Assembly (NCBI GenBank): GCA_964474445.1
Contig: CAYYSJ010000001.1
Location: 78,530-142,529 of the forward strand
Length of the DNA: 64,000 nucleotides
Source of the DNA: an uncultured Gammaproteobacteria bacterium
GTDB taxonomy: Bacteria > Patescibacteriota > Microgenomatia > Levybacterales > UBA12049
Direction of reading: 5' to 3'
A program made the translations under genes and the position numbers. The notes beneath the pieces were generated by a model that saw only the letters and a list, made by a program, of their open reading frames with translations, made no database searches and was not told the origin of the DNA. Position 1 is the first letter of the stretch, and each line of letters starts with the position of its first letter. Below are positions 38,259 to 47,599 of the stretch, piece by piece.

Positions 38259-39797
38259 TTACAGCTCTACAGCGTGCGCTTGAGATGATGTCTCGTGTCC
38301 ATGTTGTCCACTTTTTGCTTCTTTGACAAACAGTGCAGCAATACCGCCAACTGTCATAAACACTGCTGCAATCTTAAAAACTACTGAATATGCTAGAACA
38401 TTTGCTCTTATCAGCATAAGACCAAAAATTTTTTTCATGAGCATTGGGTCAGGTATGGTAACAATAGAATGTTGTTGAAGTGCAATGAGATTTGCATTGA
38501 CACTATTGGTAAGAATTGTTGCAAAGATAGCAACACCAAACGCACCAGATAAGTTCCTTGCTAAGGCTAAGATTGATGAGGCAATACCTACTTCTTGCAG
38601 TGGGACAGTTGATGTTGCGGCATTGGTTAACGGAGCAAGTCCGATACCAAGCCCTGCAGCAAAGAGTCCAAGCCTCCATGTTATATCCCAAAACGTCCAT
38701 TTCACATCAATGCCAGTAAAAGAGAGAAGCATGACTGCTGCAAAAAACATGCCCGTTGCTATAACCCAACGTGGTTGAAAAACTCTGGAAAGACGAGCGC
38801 CGCTTTGTGCTGCGAACATAAGACAAATTGCCATTGGAATATAAAGGTATCCAGATTTTGTTACCGAATATCCAAGAAAATTCTGTGTGAAAAGAGGAAG
38901 CAGAAAGATTGCTCCAACCATTCCTAAAAAGGAGATAAATGAGGTGATAATTGCTGCTGAGAATGCAGGGATTTTGAAAAAACGTAAATCAACCACTGGC
39001 TCTTTTTGTTCCTTTTCAACCCAAAGAAAAAGAACAAGTGATACCACTGAAACTATATAGGAAAGGATACTTTGCCCACTTCCCCATCCCCAACTTTGTC
39101 CTTGATCCAATACTAAAACCATCGTTCCCAAACTAACACCTAACAACAAGGACCCCCAGATATCAAAATCTTTCAAACCTTTAATTTTTTGGACAGGTTC
39201 AGTAATAAATCGCATAGCCATCAGTGTTCCTAGAATTCCCAATGGGACATTCACATAAAATACTGATCTCCACCCAAATAAATCAACCAGTGGCCCTCCA
39301 AGAAGTGGTCCAAAGACAATAGCTGCTGCGAAAATCCCAGACCAAATACCCATTGCTTGTGCCCGTTGCTGTTTATCCTCAAAGGTAAAGGCAATGATAG
39401 AAAGAGCAATTGGATAATCAATACTTACAGTGACTGCTTGCAGGACACGGAAAATAACCATGGATGGTAAGTTAAATGATAATCCTGCCAGCATAGATGT
39501 TAGCGTAAATCCGACAATACCAAAGATATATAGTGGCTTTCTTCCAATAAGGTCACCTAATTTCCCAAAAACAGGGACAAAAATTGCATTGGCGATAATG
39601 TAGGCGGTTGAAATCCAACTGGCTTGGCTAACTGTAATACCAAAATCAGAAATAATTTTTGGGAGTGCTAAATTGACAATTGTTCCATCTAATCGACCAA
39701 GGAATGACGCAATCATTAGAGTAAGTAACACAAGCCATTGATGCGTTTCAAATCCTTTTCTTGCTGGAGGAGGTGGTAGTTTGGATTGTTTTGTCAT
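38259..39797 (-). CDS. MFS transporter, DHA2 (EmrB/QacA) family
   Basis: 14 TM; LALPKIISDFGITVSQASWISTAYIIANAIFVPVFGKLGDLIGRKP DHA2 N-terminal signature. Confidence 0.85.
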   Translation of the reverse strand: MTKQSKLPPPPARKGFETHQWLVLLTLMIASFLGRLDGTIVNLALPKIISDFGITVSQASWISTAYIIANAIFVPVFGKLGDLIGRKPLYIFGIVGFTLTSMLAGLSFNLPSMVIFRVLQAVTVSIDYPIALSIIAFTFEDKQQRAQAMGIWSGIFAAAIVFGPLLGGPLVDLFGWRSVFYVNVPLGILGTLMAMRFITEPVQKIKGLKDFDIWGSLLLGVSLGTMVLVLDQGQSWGWGSGQSILSYIVSVVSLVLFLWVEKEQKEPVVDLRFFKIPAFSAAIITSFISFLGMVGAIFLLPLFTQNFLGYSVTKSGYLYIPMAICLMFAAQSGARLSRVFQPRWVIATGMFFAAVMLLSFTGIDVKWTFWDITWRLGLFAAGLGIGLAPLTNAATSTVPLQEVGIASSILALARNLSGAFGVAIFATILTNSVNANLIALQQHSIVTIPDPMLMKKIFGLMLIRANVLAYSVVFKIAAVFMTVGGIAALFVKEAKSGQHGHETSSQAHAVEL

Positions 39798-39883
39798 GGT
39801 TTCTATGTATTACTAAGTGATGCAGAGAAATCTTTTGTATGGAGGAGATCCTTTTCTGCACTCAAAATGATAGTTTAAGTCAT

Positions 39884-40522
39884 TTAATTGGTATCCGTGT
39901 ATATTACCATTTTTGCTGACATGCCATTTCTGATTTGCGGATAATCTGTTGCATGGAATCGTGCATATACAACAAATTGCTGTGTTGGGCGCTCGGAAGA
40001 AATAGAAAATGCGACTTGTGTTTGCTTAGCAGAAGGAGAAATTTCATCAACATATCCCCAGAATGTTCTCCCTGGTAAAGCATCAACAGTAAAGGAGACA
40101 GCTTGTCCAACCCTAATGTCTGAAAGACCTTTATTCTCATCAATTGTTCCTGCAACCCGCATATCAACAGGATTGATCATTTGAACAACAGGAGTTGTTG
40201 CATTGACAAGACTACCAATTTGATTATTTGCCATAATAATAAGTCCCGCTGTATCTGCGTAAAGTGTTTGACTTCCAACAGTTGCGAGAGGATCTCCTTT
40301 TTTAACCATTTGATTCTCGTACACATTTGTCTCAAGAAGTTTCCCCGTACTGGCCGGTGCAACTGCAATAATTGGTGCCTGAATAAGTGAATCATCAATA
40401 AAGACCCTTCCCTGTCGTATCTGATAAAAGTAATATCCAAGTACTGTTAGGAGTATGACGAAAGCGACGAGAAGTGGACGAAAAACTGATGGATTTTTTA
40501 GTTTTGAAAAAAGGTTTTTCAT
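39884..40522 (-). CDS. HlyD/EmrA-family membrane fusion protein (short form)
   Basis: N-terminal anchor, biotinyl-like hairpin (VKKGDPLATV), beta-barrel domain; adjacent to MFS pump. Confidence 0.75.
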   Translation of the reverse strand: MKNLFSKLKNPSVFRPLLVAFVILLTVLGYYFYQIRQGRVFIDDSLIQAPIIAVAPASTGKLLETNVYENQMVKKGDPLATVGSQTLYADTAGLIIMANNQIGSLVNATTPVVQMINPVDMRVAGTIDENKGLSDIRVGQAVSFTVDALPGRTFWGYVDEISPSAKQTQVAFSISSERPTQQFVVYARFHATDYPQIRNGMSAKMVIYTDTN

Positions 40523-41556
40523 AAGAATGAATAATGCTCCTTTGCAACTTTCTCAGAATTTAGAATAATTTTATTATCAAGTGATAATCCCGCTGTCACT
40601 TCTGTCATATCCCCATGAGTTTTCCCAGTCGTGACTGACTTTAATACAGGTTTATTATTTTCTAAAACCCATACATTATTATGGTTGAGAATTGCCCAGG
40701 TAGGAACCATAAGCGACGTGCTTTGATTGTTACTTCTTATCGTGACTGAACCTGTTTGTCCTAAGAGAGACGCTGTGAGTCCTGAAGCTTGAATATCCAC
40801 CTGATAGACATCTTCACCTGTTGAAAGGGTCATTTTTTGTGGGTAAATTCTCTTAACTATGCCTGAGTAGGTATTTGCCACTCCATCGATATAAATTGTT
40901 GCTTCCCCTCCGACACTTACAAAATCAATGTCTGTTGCTCTCACATTTGCTCGAAAGACTTTTGTCGTTGGATCAGCAACAGAAAAAGAAGTTAATGGAG
41001 TGACATTGACATTAGGTGTTGTGATATCTTCATGGGTAATAATGCCACTAATAGGGGAAGTAAGGAATGCTTGTTCTTGAGCGATCTTTTGAATTTCTAC
41101 AGTAAGTTTTGTTTGATCTAAGGTATTCATTGCTGTTTGGAGTTGACGTCGTGCTGCAATACTGAGTCCTGTATCGTTTAAATCCCGATTTCCATTAAAG
41201 TCGTTTATTGTGTCAAAGCTCATTTGTTGGATTTGTGCAGTTTTGACAGCTGTTTGTAAGTTATCAACAATAGTACGCTGGTCAAGCGCTGCAATTGTTT
41301 GCCCTATCCCGACACTGTCCCCTTCCTTAAAGGGAAGATAAACAATTTGTCCTGCTATTTGAAAATGAAGTGTTGCTTCCTTTTCCGAATGGATACTACC
41401 TGTTGCCGTTATATTCTGTGATACTGATTTGACTGCAACACTTTGTGCCTGGATTGGTGCAACAATTGTCCCTGCTGCTGCTACCACTCCAACAGTCACT
41501 CCAAGTGTCAGGAGTGCTACAAAAAGTAGTAATAGTGAAAATTGTTTATTTTTCAT
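40519..41556 (-). CDS. efflux periplasmic adaptor (membrane fusion protein), paralog of 60363..61424
   Basis: Signal anchor, lipoyl-like GDSVGIGQTIAALD, coiled-coil, beta-barrel; ~80% identity over ~85 aa with the MacA-like MFP at 60.4 kb. Confidence 0.75.
   Translation of the reverse strand: MKNKQFSLLLLFVALLTLGVTVGVVAAAGTIVAPIQAQSVAVKSVSQNITATGSIHSEKEATLHFQIAGQIVYLPFKEGDSVGIGQTIAALDQRTIVDNLQTAVKTAQIQQMSFDTINDFNGNRDLNDTGLSIAARRQLQTAMNTLDQTKLTVEIQKIAQEQAFLTSPISGIITHEDITTPNVNVTPLTSFSVADPTTKVFRANVRATDIDFVSVGGEATIYIDGVANTYSGIVKRIYPQKMTLSTGEDVYQVDIQASGLTASLLGQTGSVTIRSNNQSTSLMVPTWAILNHNNVWVLENNKPVLKSVTTGKTHGDMTEVTAGLSLDNKIILNSEKVAKEHYSFL
41030..41290. repeat. ~260-bp dispersed repeat (copy A) inside MFP gene, ~80-85% identical to 60880..61140
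   Basis: e.g. TTATCAACAATAGTACGCTGGTCAAGCGCTGCAAT vs TTATCAACAATAGTACGTTGGTCGAGTGCCGCAAT; ACTGAGTCCTGTATC shared. Confidence 0.6.
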
Positions 41557-41980
41557 CTAATTTCTCCATTGCCATTACTAGTGTATCAAATATTCGCGAT
41601 AAATCATCCTTGTCTTTTTCTGAAAGATATGCAAGTATCTTTTCCATGTTTTTTGCGCGCTCTTTCATTGCACCTATTAATAGTTCCTCACCTTTTGGCG
41701 TAAGATGAAGAAGCACTAGTCGTCGATCATCTTTATCTGTTTGTCTTTTAACAAAGGAAAGTTTTACTAGTTTTTCAACAATTGTTGTTGCTGATGGCAA
41801 CTCAACTTTTAAGTATTCCGCAAGTGATTTCATAGGTGTTCCAGGGTTTTGCTTAATATAATGAAGTGTGTGAAGTTGAACCATGCTTAAGTTCATCATG
41901 TCTGTTTGCAAAGACATTTGTTCCTTCATGCATCGTAAAAAGGTAAATACTTTTTCTATAAGAGAGTTTGTTTTATTCAT
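41546..41980 (-). CDS. MarR-family transcriptional regulator
   Basis: Winged HTH LSMVQLHTLHYIKQNPGTPMKSLAEYLKVELPSATTIVEKLVKLSFVKRQTDKDDRRLVLLHLTPKGEEL. Confidence 0.85.
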   Translation of the reverse strand: MNKTNSLIEKVFTFLRCMKEQMSLQTDMMNLSMVQLHTLHYIKQNPGTPMKSLAEYLKVELPSATTIVEKLVKLSFVKRQTDKDDRRLVLLHLTPKGEELLIGAMKERAKNMEKILAYLSEKDKDDLSRIFDTLVMAMEKLDEK

Positions 41981-42005
41981 AAATAGTTAATAAGTCTAAC
42001 TATTT
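41981..42005. promoter_or_regulatory. perfect 9-7-9 inverted repeat AAATAGTTA-ataagtc-TAACTATTT abutting marR start; candidate MarR operator
   Basis: Palindrome in the marR/rnhB divergent intergenic region, immediately 5' of marR start codon. Confidence 0.35.
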
Positions 42006-42053
42006 ACTATTATAATTACATCAGAGCAAGATGTCAAGCATACAAGGAAAGGT

Positions 42054-42707
42054 TTGGTGTATACTCACCGTATGATTGTTCCTGATATCCTTCTTGAAGA
42101 ATCATTATGGCAAAAAGGTTTTCTGCATGTTGCAGGGGTTGATGAGGCTGGAAAAGGTCCACTGGCTGGGCCAGTAACAGCAGGTGCCGTTATGATTCAC
42201 ACTTCATCACAAATAGTTACAAGTGTACGGGATAGTAAGCTCATGACATCTAAACAACGAGAAAAAGCATTTGCTGAAATTTGTCAAAAGTCTTCAAGTT
42301 ATGGAATTGGCATTGTTGAGGCAGAGGAGATAGATACTCTGGGTATTGACGTGGCAGTGCAAAAAGCAATGATCATGGCGCTTACAATGTTAGAAAAAAA
42401 TTTTGGGACTTCCCTTTCTTTTGTTTTGGTTGATGGCTCAAAAACAAAAATACTTCCTTTATTCCAATCTCAGCGAATAAAAAAAGGCGGACTGTATCAC
42501 TATTCTATTGCTGCAGGCTCTATTTTGGCAAAAGTAACACGAGATAGAATGATGCATGAAGTTGCTAAAGTATACCCTCTCTACGGCTTTGATAGGCACG
42601 TTGGATATGGGACAAAAAGACATATAGATATCATCAATCAGTATGGTCCTTGCCCAATTCATCGAAAATCATTTGAACCAATAAAAAGCATTGTGCAAAA
42701 GCACTAA
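42054..42707 (+). CDS. rnhB: ribonuclease HII
   Basis: VAGVDEAGKGPLAGPV (DEAG catalytic motif), VLVDG, 217 aa. Confidence 0.9.
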   Translation: MVYTHRMIVPDILLEESLWQKGFLHVAGVDEAGKGPLAGPVTAGAVMIHTSSQIVTSVRDSKLMTSKQREKAFAEICQKSSSYGIGIVEAEEIDTLGIDVAVQKAMIMALTMLEKNFGTSLSFVLVDGSKTKILPLFQSQRIKKGGLYHYSIAAGSILAKVTRDRMMHEVAKVYPLYGFDRHVGYGTKRHIDIINQYGPCPIHRKSFEPIKSIVQKH

Positions 42708-42757
42708 CTTCTTGCTTGTTTCTACAGGTCATTTTTTAATGATTTCCAAAAAATGTA

Positions 42758-43426
42758 TTGGAAATTATGCATGAAATTCGCATTCATAACGCATTGCATG
42801 TGAATAGTGGTAGTAAGAGAATACATACTAAGATTGCCATTGTGGCAGTTTATATCACTATGAAAATTGGATTAATTGCATCATTGAGAGGAAAAGATTC
42901 ATACCACTTGCATTACAAAACAATTATTGACCATCTTACAAAAAAAGGTCATGAAGTTGAGCATATGCTCCATATGTTTGAAAAAGATGTACTGGCAATG
43001 GATTCTGTAATAAGAGAAAAGTTCTTTCAGGATTTTTATAACCGTTTGGAACATACGGATCTTGTTATTGCTGAATGCTCTTTCCCAAGCATGAATGTCG
43101 GGTACGGTGTTGCTTACCTAATACAAAGAGGAAAATCTGTAATTGTCATGTATTTGCATGGAACTGATGGATACAAATTTGGTGTTTCTACCTTTACTGG
43201 GAGTTTAGATAATGTTACCGTGAACGCATACCGTGACGATACGTTGAAAGAAACGCTTGACTATGCAGTGAGTACTATGGCCCTTAAGCTTGACAAACGT
43301 TTTACCATTATTTTCCCTGCTCATTTAATGAATAGATTGGAAGATATATCTAGAAAGAAAAAAATTCCCAAAGCAGTATACATACGAAATCTTATAGAAA
43401 AGCAACTTGCAAAAGAACGCTCCTAA
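42758..43426 (+). CDS. fusion protein: nucleoside 2-deoxyribosyltransferase-like (catalytically degenerate) domain + C-terminal ribbon-helix-helix
   Basis: DLVIAECSFPSMNVGYGVAYLIQRGKSVIV resembles NDT/Rcl motif (ADLVIAN...SGTAFEIGYAYALGKPV) but lacks the catalytic Glu; C-terminal KRFTIIFPAHLMNRLEDISRKKKIPKAVYIRNLIEKQL = CopG/Arc-type RHH; likely start at MKIGLIAS (~42860). Confidence 0.45.
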   Translation: MEIMHEIRIHNALHVNSGSKRIHTKIAIVAVYITMKIGLIASLRGKDSYHLHYKTIIDHLTKKGHEVEHMLHMFEKDVLAMDSVIREKFFQDFYNRLEHTDLVIAECSFPSMNVGYGVAYLIQRGKSVIVMYLHGTDGYKFGVSTFTGSLDNVTVNAYRDDTLKETLDYAVSTMALKLDKRFTIIFPAHLMNRLEDISRKKKIPKAVYIRNLIEKQLAKERS

Positions 43427-43548
43427 TAATCTTTGTTACATAATCTCTCTATTGTTCACAACGTTTTATATAAAACAAGTGCGGAGAGAATAAGCTTCTA
43501 TGGGTTCACGCTCTCGAGGAAAATACGTTGGTTGTATTATAAAAATAT

Positions 43549-43950
43549 CTATATTTTCCCTAGCCTTTTCCTATATTCACTTTCAGCTGCCTCATCTATA
43601 ATCCGAACCTCTCTCTCCACTTGTTCAAGCATCTGAGGTGGAAGACCAGATTGCTGTGCAAGCGTTACTTTAACTTGCGCGAGTAAATGAAGTCCTTGAT
43701 CAGGAGGGAATGATGGGTTATGATATGCTTCAGTCAAAGCTCCAAGTAGGTCGCCACTGTTCATAAGATGTATTACTCTATCTTGACTTCCTTCATATTG
43801 TCCACGCCTCATTCGCTCTGTAAAACGTGCTTTAGCGCCTCCTAAAGTTTCTTTCAAGCCTTCTATAATCATGAAATGCTTATAGCAATTTTCTATTGTC
43901 TGCGCAAGATAGAAAGATGTTAGAGAAATGTCAGGAGTAATGAAAATCAT
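43549..43950 (-). CDS. hypothetical protein (GC-elevated block)
   Basis: 133-aa ORF; overlaps by ~20 nt with upstream ORF 43931..44278 in another frame (possible frameshifted single gene). Confidence 0.4.
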   Translation of the reverse strand: MIFITPDISLTSFYLAQTIENCYKHFMIIEGLKETLGGAKARFTERMRRGQYEGSQDRVIHLMNSGDLLGALTEAYHNPSFPPDQGLHLLAQVKVTLAQQSGLPPQMLEQVEREVRIIDEAAESEYRKRLGKI

Positions 43951-44278
43951 CTGTAGGTAAGGTAACTGTCGTTACTGGGGCTATTATTCCTATACGACTT
44001 GATTCTTCTCCTACTTCGCGTTCTGTTGAATCAAGTTGTGTTTTTGATTCCGCACTTTTGAAATTAAGTAGTCCCTCTGTATATCCATACCCATGCGGAA
44101 ATTTTTTCGAACCAGAATATGGGGATCTTTGTGCCCTATCGATGGGTTGCATCACCCTCCTTTTCCTTTGCCAATTACTGTCTGCAGACGGCAGTTCTCC
44201 GCAACTTTCAGGGTTTCTATTCATTTGGAACAAGTTATCAGAATTCATGAGGAGTATCAATATGGATAGGATGTGCAT
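43931..44278 (-). CDS. hypothetical protein
   Basis: 115-aa ORF, no motif; see above. Confidence 0.3.
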   Translation of the reverse strand: MHILSILILLMNSDNLFQMNRNPESCGELPSADSNWQRKRRVMQPIDRAQRSPYSGSKKFPHGYGYTEGLLNFKSAESKTQLDSTEREVGEESSRIGIIAPVTTVTLPTDDFHYS

Positions 44279-44385
44279 ATTTACAGATAAATTCTCATAA
44301 ATAAAGATTGCTTCATTTTTAAAAGTACTTATTAAAAAATGTAGTATTTGAAGAAAAAGTATTATATAATAGATATATTATATCT

Positions 44386-44679
44386 ATGGATAATTGCAGT
44401 GTAGCAAAAACATTAAGAGTGATTGGAAGTAAGTGGACAATGCTTATTCTCCACAATCTTTTTGAAGGCAAAAAGCGGTTTGGAGAGTTGCAGCGGGCAC
44501 TGGAGGGGATTAGTCCAAAAACACTCTCTCAAAGACTGCAAGAACTTGAACAAGAAGGCGTTATTAACAAAAAAGTCTTTGCAGAAGTGCCACTCCACGT
44601 TGAATATACACTGACGGAAAAAGGGAAATCTCTGGGTGAAATTTTTGACAAAATGGCTGAATGGGGAGAAAAAAGTTAG
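44386..44679 (+). CDS. HxlR-family winged-helix transcriptional regulator
   Basis: CSVAKTLRVIGSKWTMLILHNLFEGKKRFGELQRALEGISPKTLSQRLQELEQEGVI = HxlR signature. Confidence 0.85.
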   Translation: MDNCSVAKTLRVIGSKWTMLILHNLFEGKKRFGELQRALEGISPKTLSQRLQELEQEGVINKKVFAEVPLHVEYTLTEKGKSLGEIFDKMAEWGEKS

Positions 44680-44963
44680 GAAAGACGAGGATTCTGAACT
44701 CCTAACATTCCTCTTGTTGGTTTTAATGTCGTTGGCTTTGGAGATACTTCATTTGGTGCTGCACTTTCATGAAGATAATGCTCAAGGTCTAAAATTGCTT
44801 GTTGTACTTTACCCACACCATGGACAACATGTGTATCCCTTCTGAAGCGTTCCTCTGCTTGAGGTAATACGCTTGTTTTTAAATACATTAATCGTTGACG
44901 TGCAGCTTCTTGTAATGCTAGTTGACCTGACAGTAGTCTTTGTTCCTTAACCATACTCAACAT
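44676..44963 (-). CDS. hypothetical protein
   Basis: 95-aa ORF convergent with hxlR; coding status uncertain. Confidence 0.3.
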   Translation of the reverse strand: MLSMVKEQRLLSGQLALQEAARQRLMYLKTSVLPQAEERFRRDTHVVHGVGKVQQAILDLEHYLHESAAPNEVSPKPTTLKPTRGMLGVQNPRLS

Positions 44964-45095
44964 AATTATATATGTGCTTGCTGTCTTGTCAAGATTTTTT
45001 TTTGTAAATTTTTTCTAAAACTGCATTGTAAGTCTTTCACGCCTCTTAAACGATTATTTCTTTTATCTTATTTACAGAAATTACCATATGGTGGT

Positions 45096-45767
45096 ATGAA
45101 GGATAATAAGAAAACACAACCTGAAGAACGTCCAATTGACCCGAGTCGTGATGCTCAAGATATTTTTGGTGATATCAGTGGGATGACTGGAGTAACAACT
45201 GGAAATCCAAAAGCTGTTAGCGCCGAACCAACTGATGACGTCAACAATCTTGATCTTGAATATGAACCAGGAGGGGTGCAAGATGTTAAAGAATCTCCAA
45301 AAGGAAGTCTTGGGGTACCAAAAGAAAGCTACAGCGAAAGAATATATAACAAAAAAATTGAGCAAGGTATGTCCACCACCTACGAAGATATATCTAATGT
45401 AGTTGCATCTGATACATCTGAGGAAGAATCTCCAACTCCAAAAGCCACAAAATCAGCCGTTACAGAACAAGGTGCTGAAACAGTTGTAGCTAATGAAAAT
45501 GCTATTACCAATACCTCTGAATTTGAAGAAGGGACAAATGAAGACCCGTTGACAACCGAGCAAGGAGAATTTGCAGCACAAGAGAGTCCAGCCGAGGCTG
45601 GAGAACAATCCGTGAGTGGTGATATGCCAACTCCTGATAGTGATGATGACACTCTCGCCAATGCACAAGCAGTTGGAACTCAAACAGAGGAAGATCCTGA
45701 ACATCCGGAAGAATTAGATATAGGACGAGATATTGATGAAGCAGAAGAATATGAGCGAACTCATTAA
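45096..45767 (+). CDS. highly acidic, low-complexity (D/E/T/P-rich) protein, hypothetical
   Basis: Start at MKDNKKTQPEERPIDP; ~220 aa with very high Asp/Glu content, predicted disordered. Confidence 0.5.
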   Translation: MKDNKKTQPEERPIDPSRDAQDIFGDISGMTGVTTGNPKAVSAEPTDDVNNLDLEYEPGGVQDVKESPKGSLGVPKESYSERIYNKKIEQGMSTTYEDISNVVASDTSEEESPTPKATKSAVTEQGAETVVANENAITNTSEFEEGTNEDPLTTEQGEFAAQESPAEAGEQSVSGDMPTPDSDDDTLANAQAVGTQTEEDPEHPEELDIGRDIDEAEEYERTH

Positions 45768-46417
45768 CCTATTTTTGACTCCCTTTGTGTCAGTGCTGCA
45801 AGCGTATTCATTGGTCTTAACTTTGTAGGAAGTGTTCGTACAACTCCTGATACATGTCCTATGAGGTCAAATATGTTTCTCTTAGATGAGTCAGAAGGAG
45901 GAAATGTTCCATCATACAAAAGTGTAGGATTACCTGCTAGTGTTCGCAGAGTTCTACGCATAGTACTCCCCTTTTCTGATCGTCTCTCCGGCCATCCAAG
46001 TCTATCACCCATGCTAACTACTTTGTATGCAATATTCTCAGTCGCCACGGCTTGTGAACCACTGTGCACAAATACGCTTTTTCTTCTTTCGGCAATACGA
46101 CCAAACCTTTCCTCAACTGTCCTAAGATGTGTTACTGTTTTCTGAAGTGGTTGCAGGAGATCAGAATTGCTTAAACCTAGCTCTGACCACTCTAATCGTT
46201 GCTGCATGCGCTTGAGATCAGCTTTTGCTGTCTCTTGAGCGATTAAAGCAGAGAGATATGCTCTTTGTTTCTTACTGAGATGGAATATCTTATCAACATC
46301 ATAGTTTTTCCTTGCAAAAAATGCTCTCATGTCTCTTGCAAATAAATCAGCTTCGAGTTTTGTACGCTCTTGTAACTCTCGCTTCATAGATATCGTTATG
46401 GTAATGTATGCAAGCAA
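45764..46417 (-). CDS. hypothetical protein
   Basis: 217 aa, no recognizable motif; in-frame with upstream ORF 46448..46723 across one stop codon. Confidence 0.45.
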   Translation of the reverse strand: MLAYITITISMKRELQERTKLEADLFARDMRAFFARKNYDVDKIFHLSKKQRAYLSALIAQETAKADLKRMQQRLEWSELGLSNSDLLQPLQKTVTHLRTVEERFGRIAERRKSVFVHSGSQAVATENIAYKVVSMGDRLGWPERRSEKGSTMRRTLRTLAGNPTLLYDGTFPPSDSSKRNIFDLIGHVSGVVRTLPTKLRPMNTLAALTQRESKIG

Positions 46418-46447
46418 GGAGACGGTGGGAAGTTTGTAAGAAGGATG

Positions 46448-46723
46448 TTATGATCTACGAAACCACCTATATCGAAGCATTGGATAAATTGATGGATTGT
46501 TGAGAAATTGTATTGTAGATTCTCCAGCTGGGGTAAAAAATGTTCTTCTGCCTGCTATACGACATATTTGCTTAGAAGCTTGGTAGAGAGCTTGTTCGTC
46601 AGTATGAGTCTGATTGCCTACTTTAAAAATATCAACAAACCCTGTTTGGGGCTTTTCCTTACGTTTTAAAAATTTGGGCAGTTCCACGCCGGGGAGTTTA
46701 CCAATTACAGCAATTATATGCAA
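46448..46723 (-). CDS. hypothetical protein
   Basis: 91-aa ORF; same frame as 45764..46417, separated by a single stop. Confidence 0.3.
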   Translation of the reverse strand: MHIIAVIGKLPGVELPKFLKRKEKPQTGFVDIFKVGNQTHTDEQALYQASKQICRIAGRRTFFTPAGESTIQFLNNPSIYPMLRYRWFRRS

Positions 46724-46727
46724 GCAA

Positions 46728-47585
46728 TCACTTGACCGGCTTAGCTACAACAATAAGACGTTTCCAGGTCGTACCAGGAGGCCAACAGGTTTGTAAAACA
46801 ATTTTCTCGTCCGTATCTTTTTGTGCATTCACAAGAAGTGATACATCATTTGCATCAAGAATCTTGGTATCTGTTACTTTGTAGTTATAGCGGTAGTTGT
46901 TAAAGAATAAATCAATATCATCTCCTACATTTAAGTCTTTCAGTAAATAAAAAACAGCGTTATACCTTCCAACATTCCAAAAACTATCCGTTGAGTGAGC
47001 AAAGTAGAATGATGTGCCTTTCATGCCAGGAAAGACTGTTCCTTTCGCATGAGCAATTCCCTGTTTCAATGCAGCTAAATATTCTGATTCATTACTTGAG
47101 TCAACGTTGATAATCACTCGAGAGCTTGCTCCAATTTTTGGAATAACGATACTAAACAATGTATCTGGAGGGGTAATGATTTCTGAGGTGGTTGTTTTCA
47201 GATTGCCAAGAGGACTTTTTGTTTGTGGCGAGGCAACAACATACTGTACTCCTCGAATAGTGTCGATGTGAAATTTGATTTCATAAAAAAGTGCAGGGCC
47301 AATAGTCATGCCTATTCCAAAAAGCGCAAAAAGAATAAGGAAGTTTCCGATAGATTTCAAAATAAGCAATCTTCGATACACGTTACTTTGTAACATTTCT
47401 TGAAACGAAAGTGCTTCTCCTTGTTGAATGGTCTGTTCTGCTTGTACCGTATAGGTGGAAGAGGTAGGTTGAGACGAAGAAGTATACTCTGTCTTTTCCC
47501 CTTTTCTTCTCTGCATAGTCATGAATATATTGTACCAAAAAGAGAAAAAGGATGGATTTAAAAAATTAGATTTGAGGTTAATCAT
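46728..47585 (-). CDS. sortase-family transpeptidase (membrane-anchored)
   Basis: N-terminal TM anchor; catalytic His (FYFAHSTDS), F..L..L..GD.I.L...Y.Y.V pattern, TLxTC-type Cys motif KIVLQTCWPPG and downstream Arg (TTWKRLIVVAKPV). Confidence 0.6.
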   Translation of the reverse strand: MINLKSNFLNPSFFSFWYNIFMTMQRRKGEKTEYTSSSQPTSSTYTVQAEQTIQQGEALSFQEMLQSNVYRRLLILKSIGNFLILFALFGIGMTIGPALFYEIKFHIDTIRGVQYVVASPQTKSPLGNLKTTTSEIITPPDTLFSIVIPKIGASSRVIINVDSSNESEYLAALKQGIAHAKGTVFPGMKGTSFYFAHSTDSFWNVGRYNAVFYLLKDLNVGDDIDLFFNNYRYNYKVTDTKILDANDVSLLVNAQKDTDEKIVLQTCWPPGTTWKRLIVVAKPVK

Positions 47586-47599
47586 ATCACCAGGATCCT

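Noticed and set aside
46415-46450. In-frame stop separating ORFs 46448..46723 and 45764..46417, as a possible pseudogene or recoding site
   Set aside because: Same-frame adjacency has a 1-in-3 chance by coincidence and neither ORF has detectable homology, so one interrupted gene cannot be established. I kept it only as a note within the island finding.
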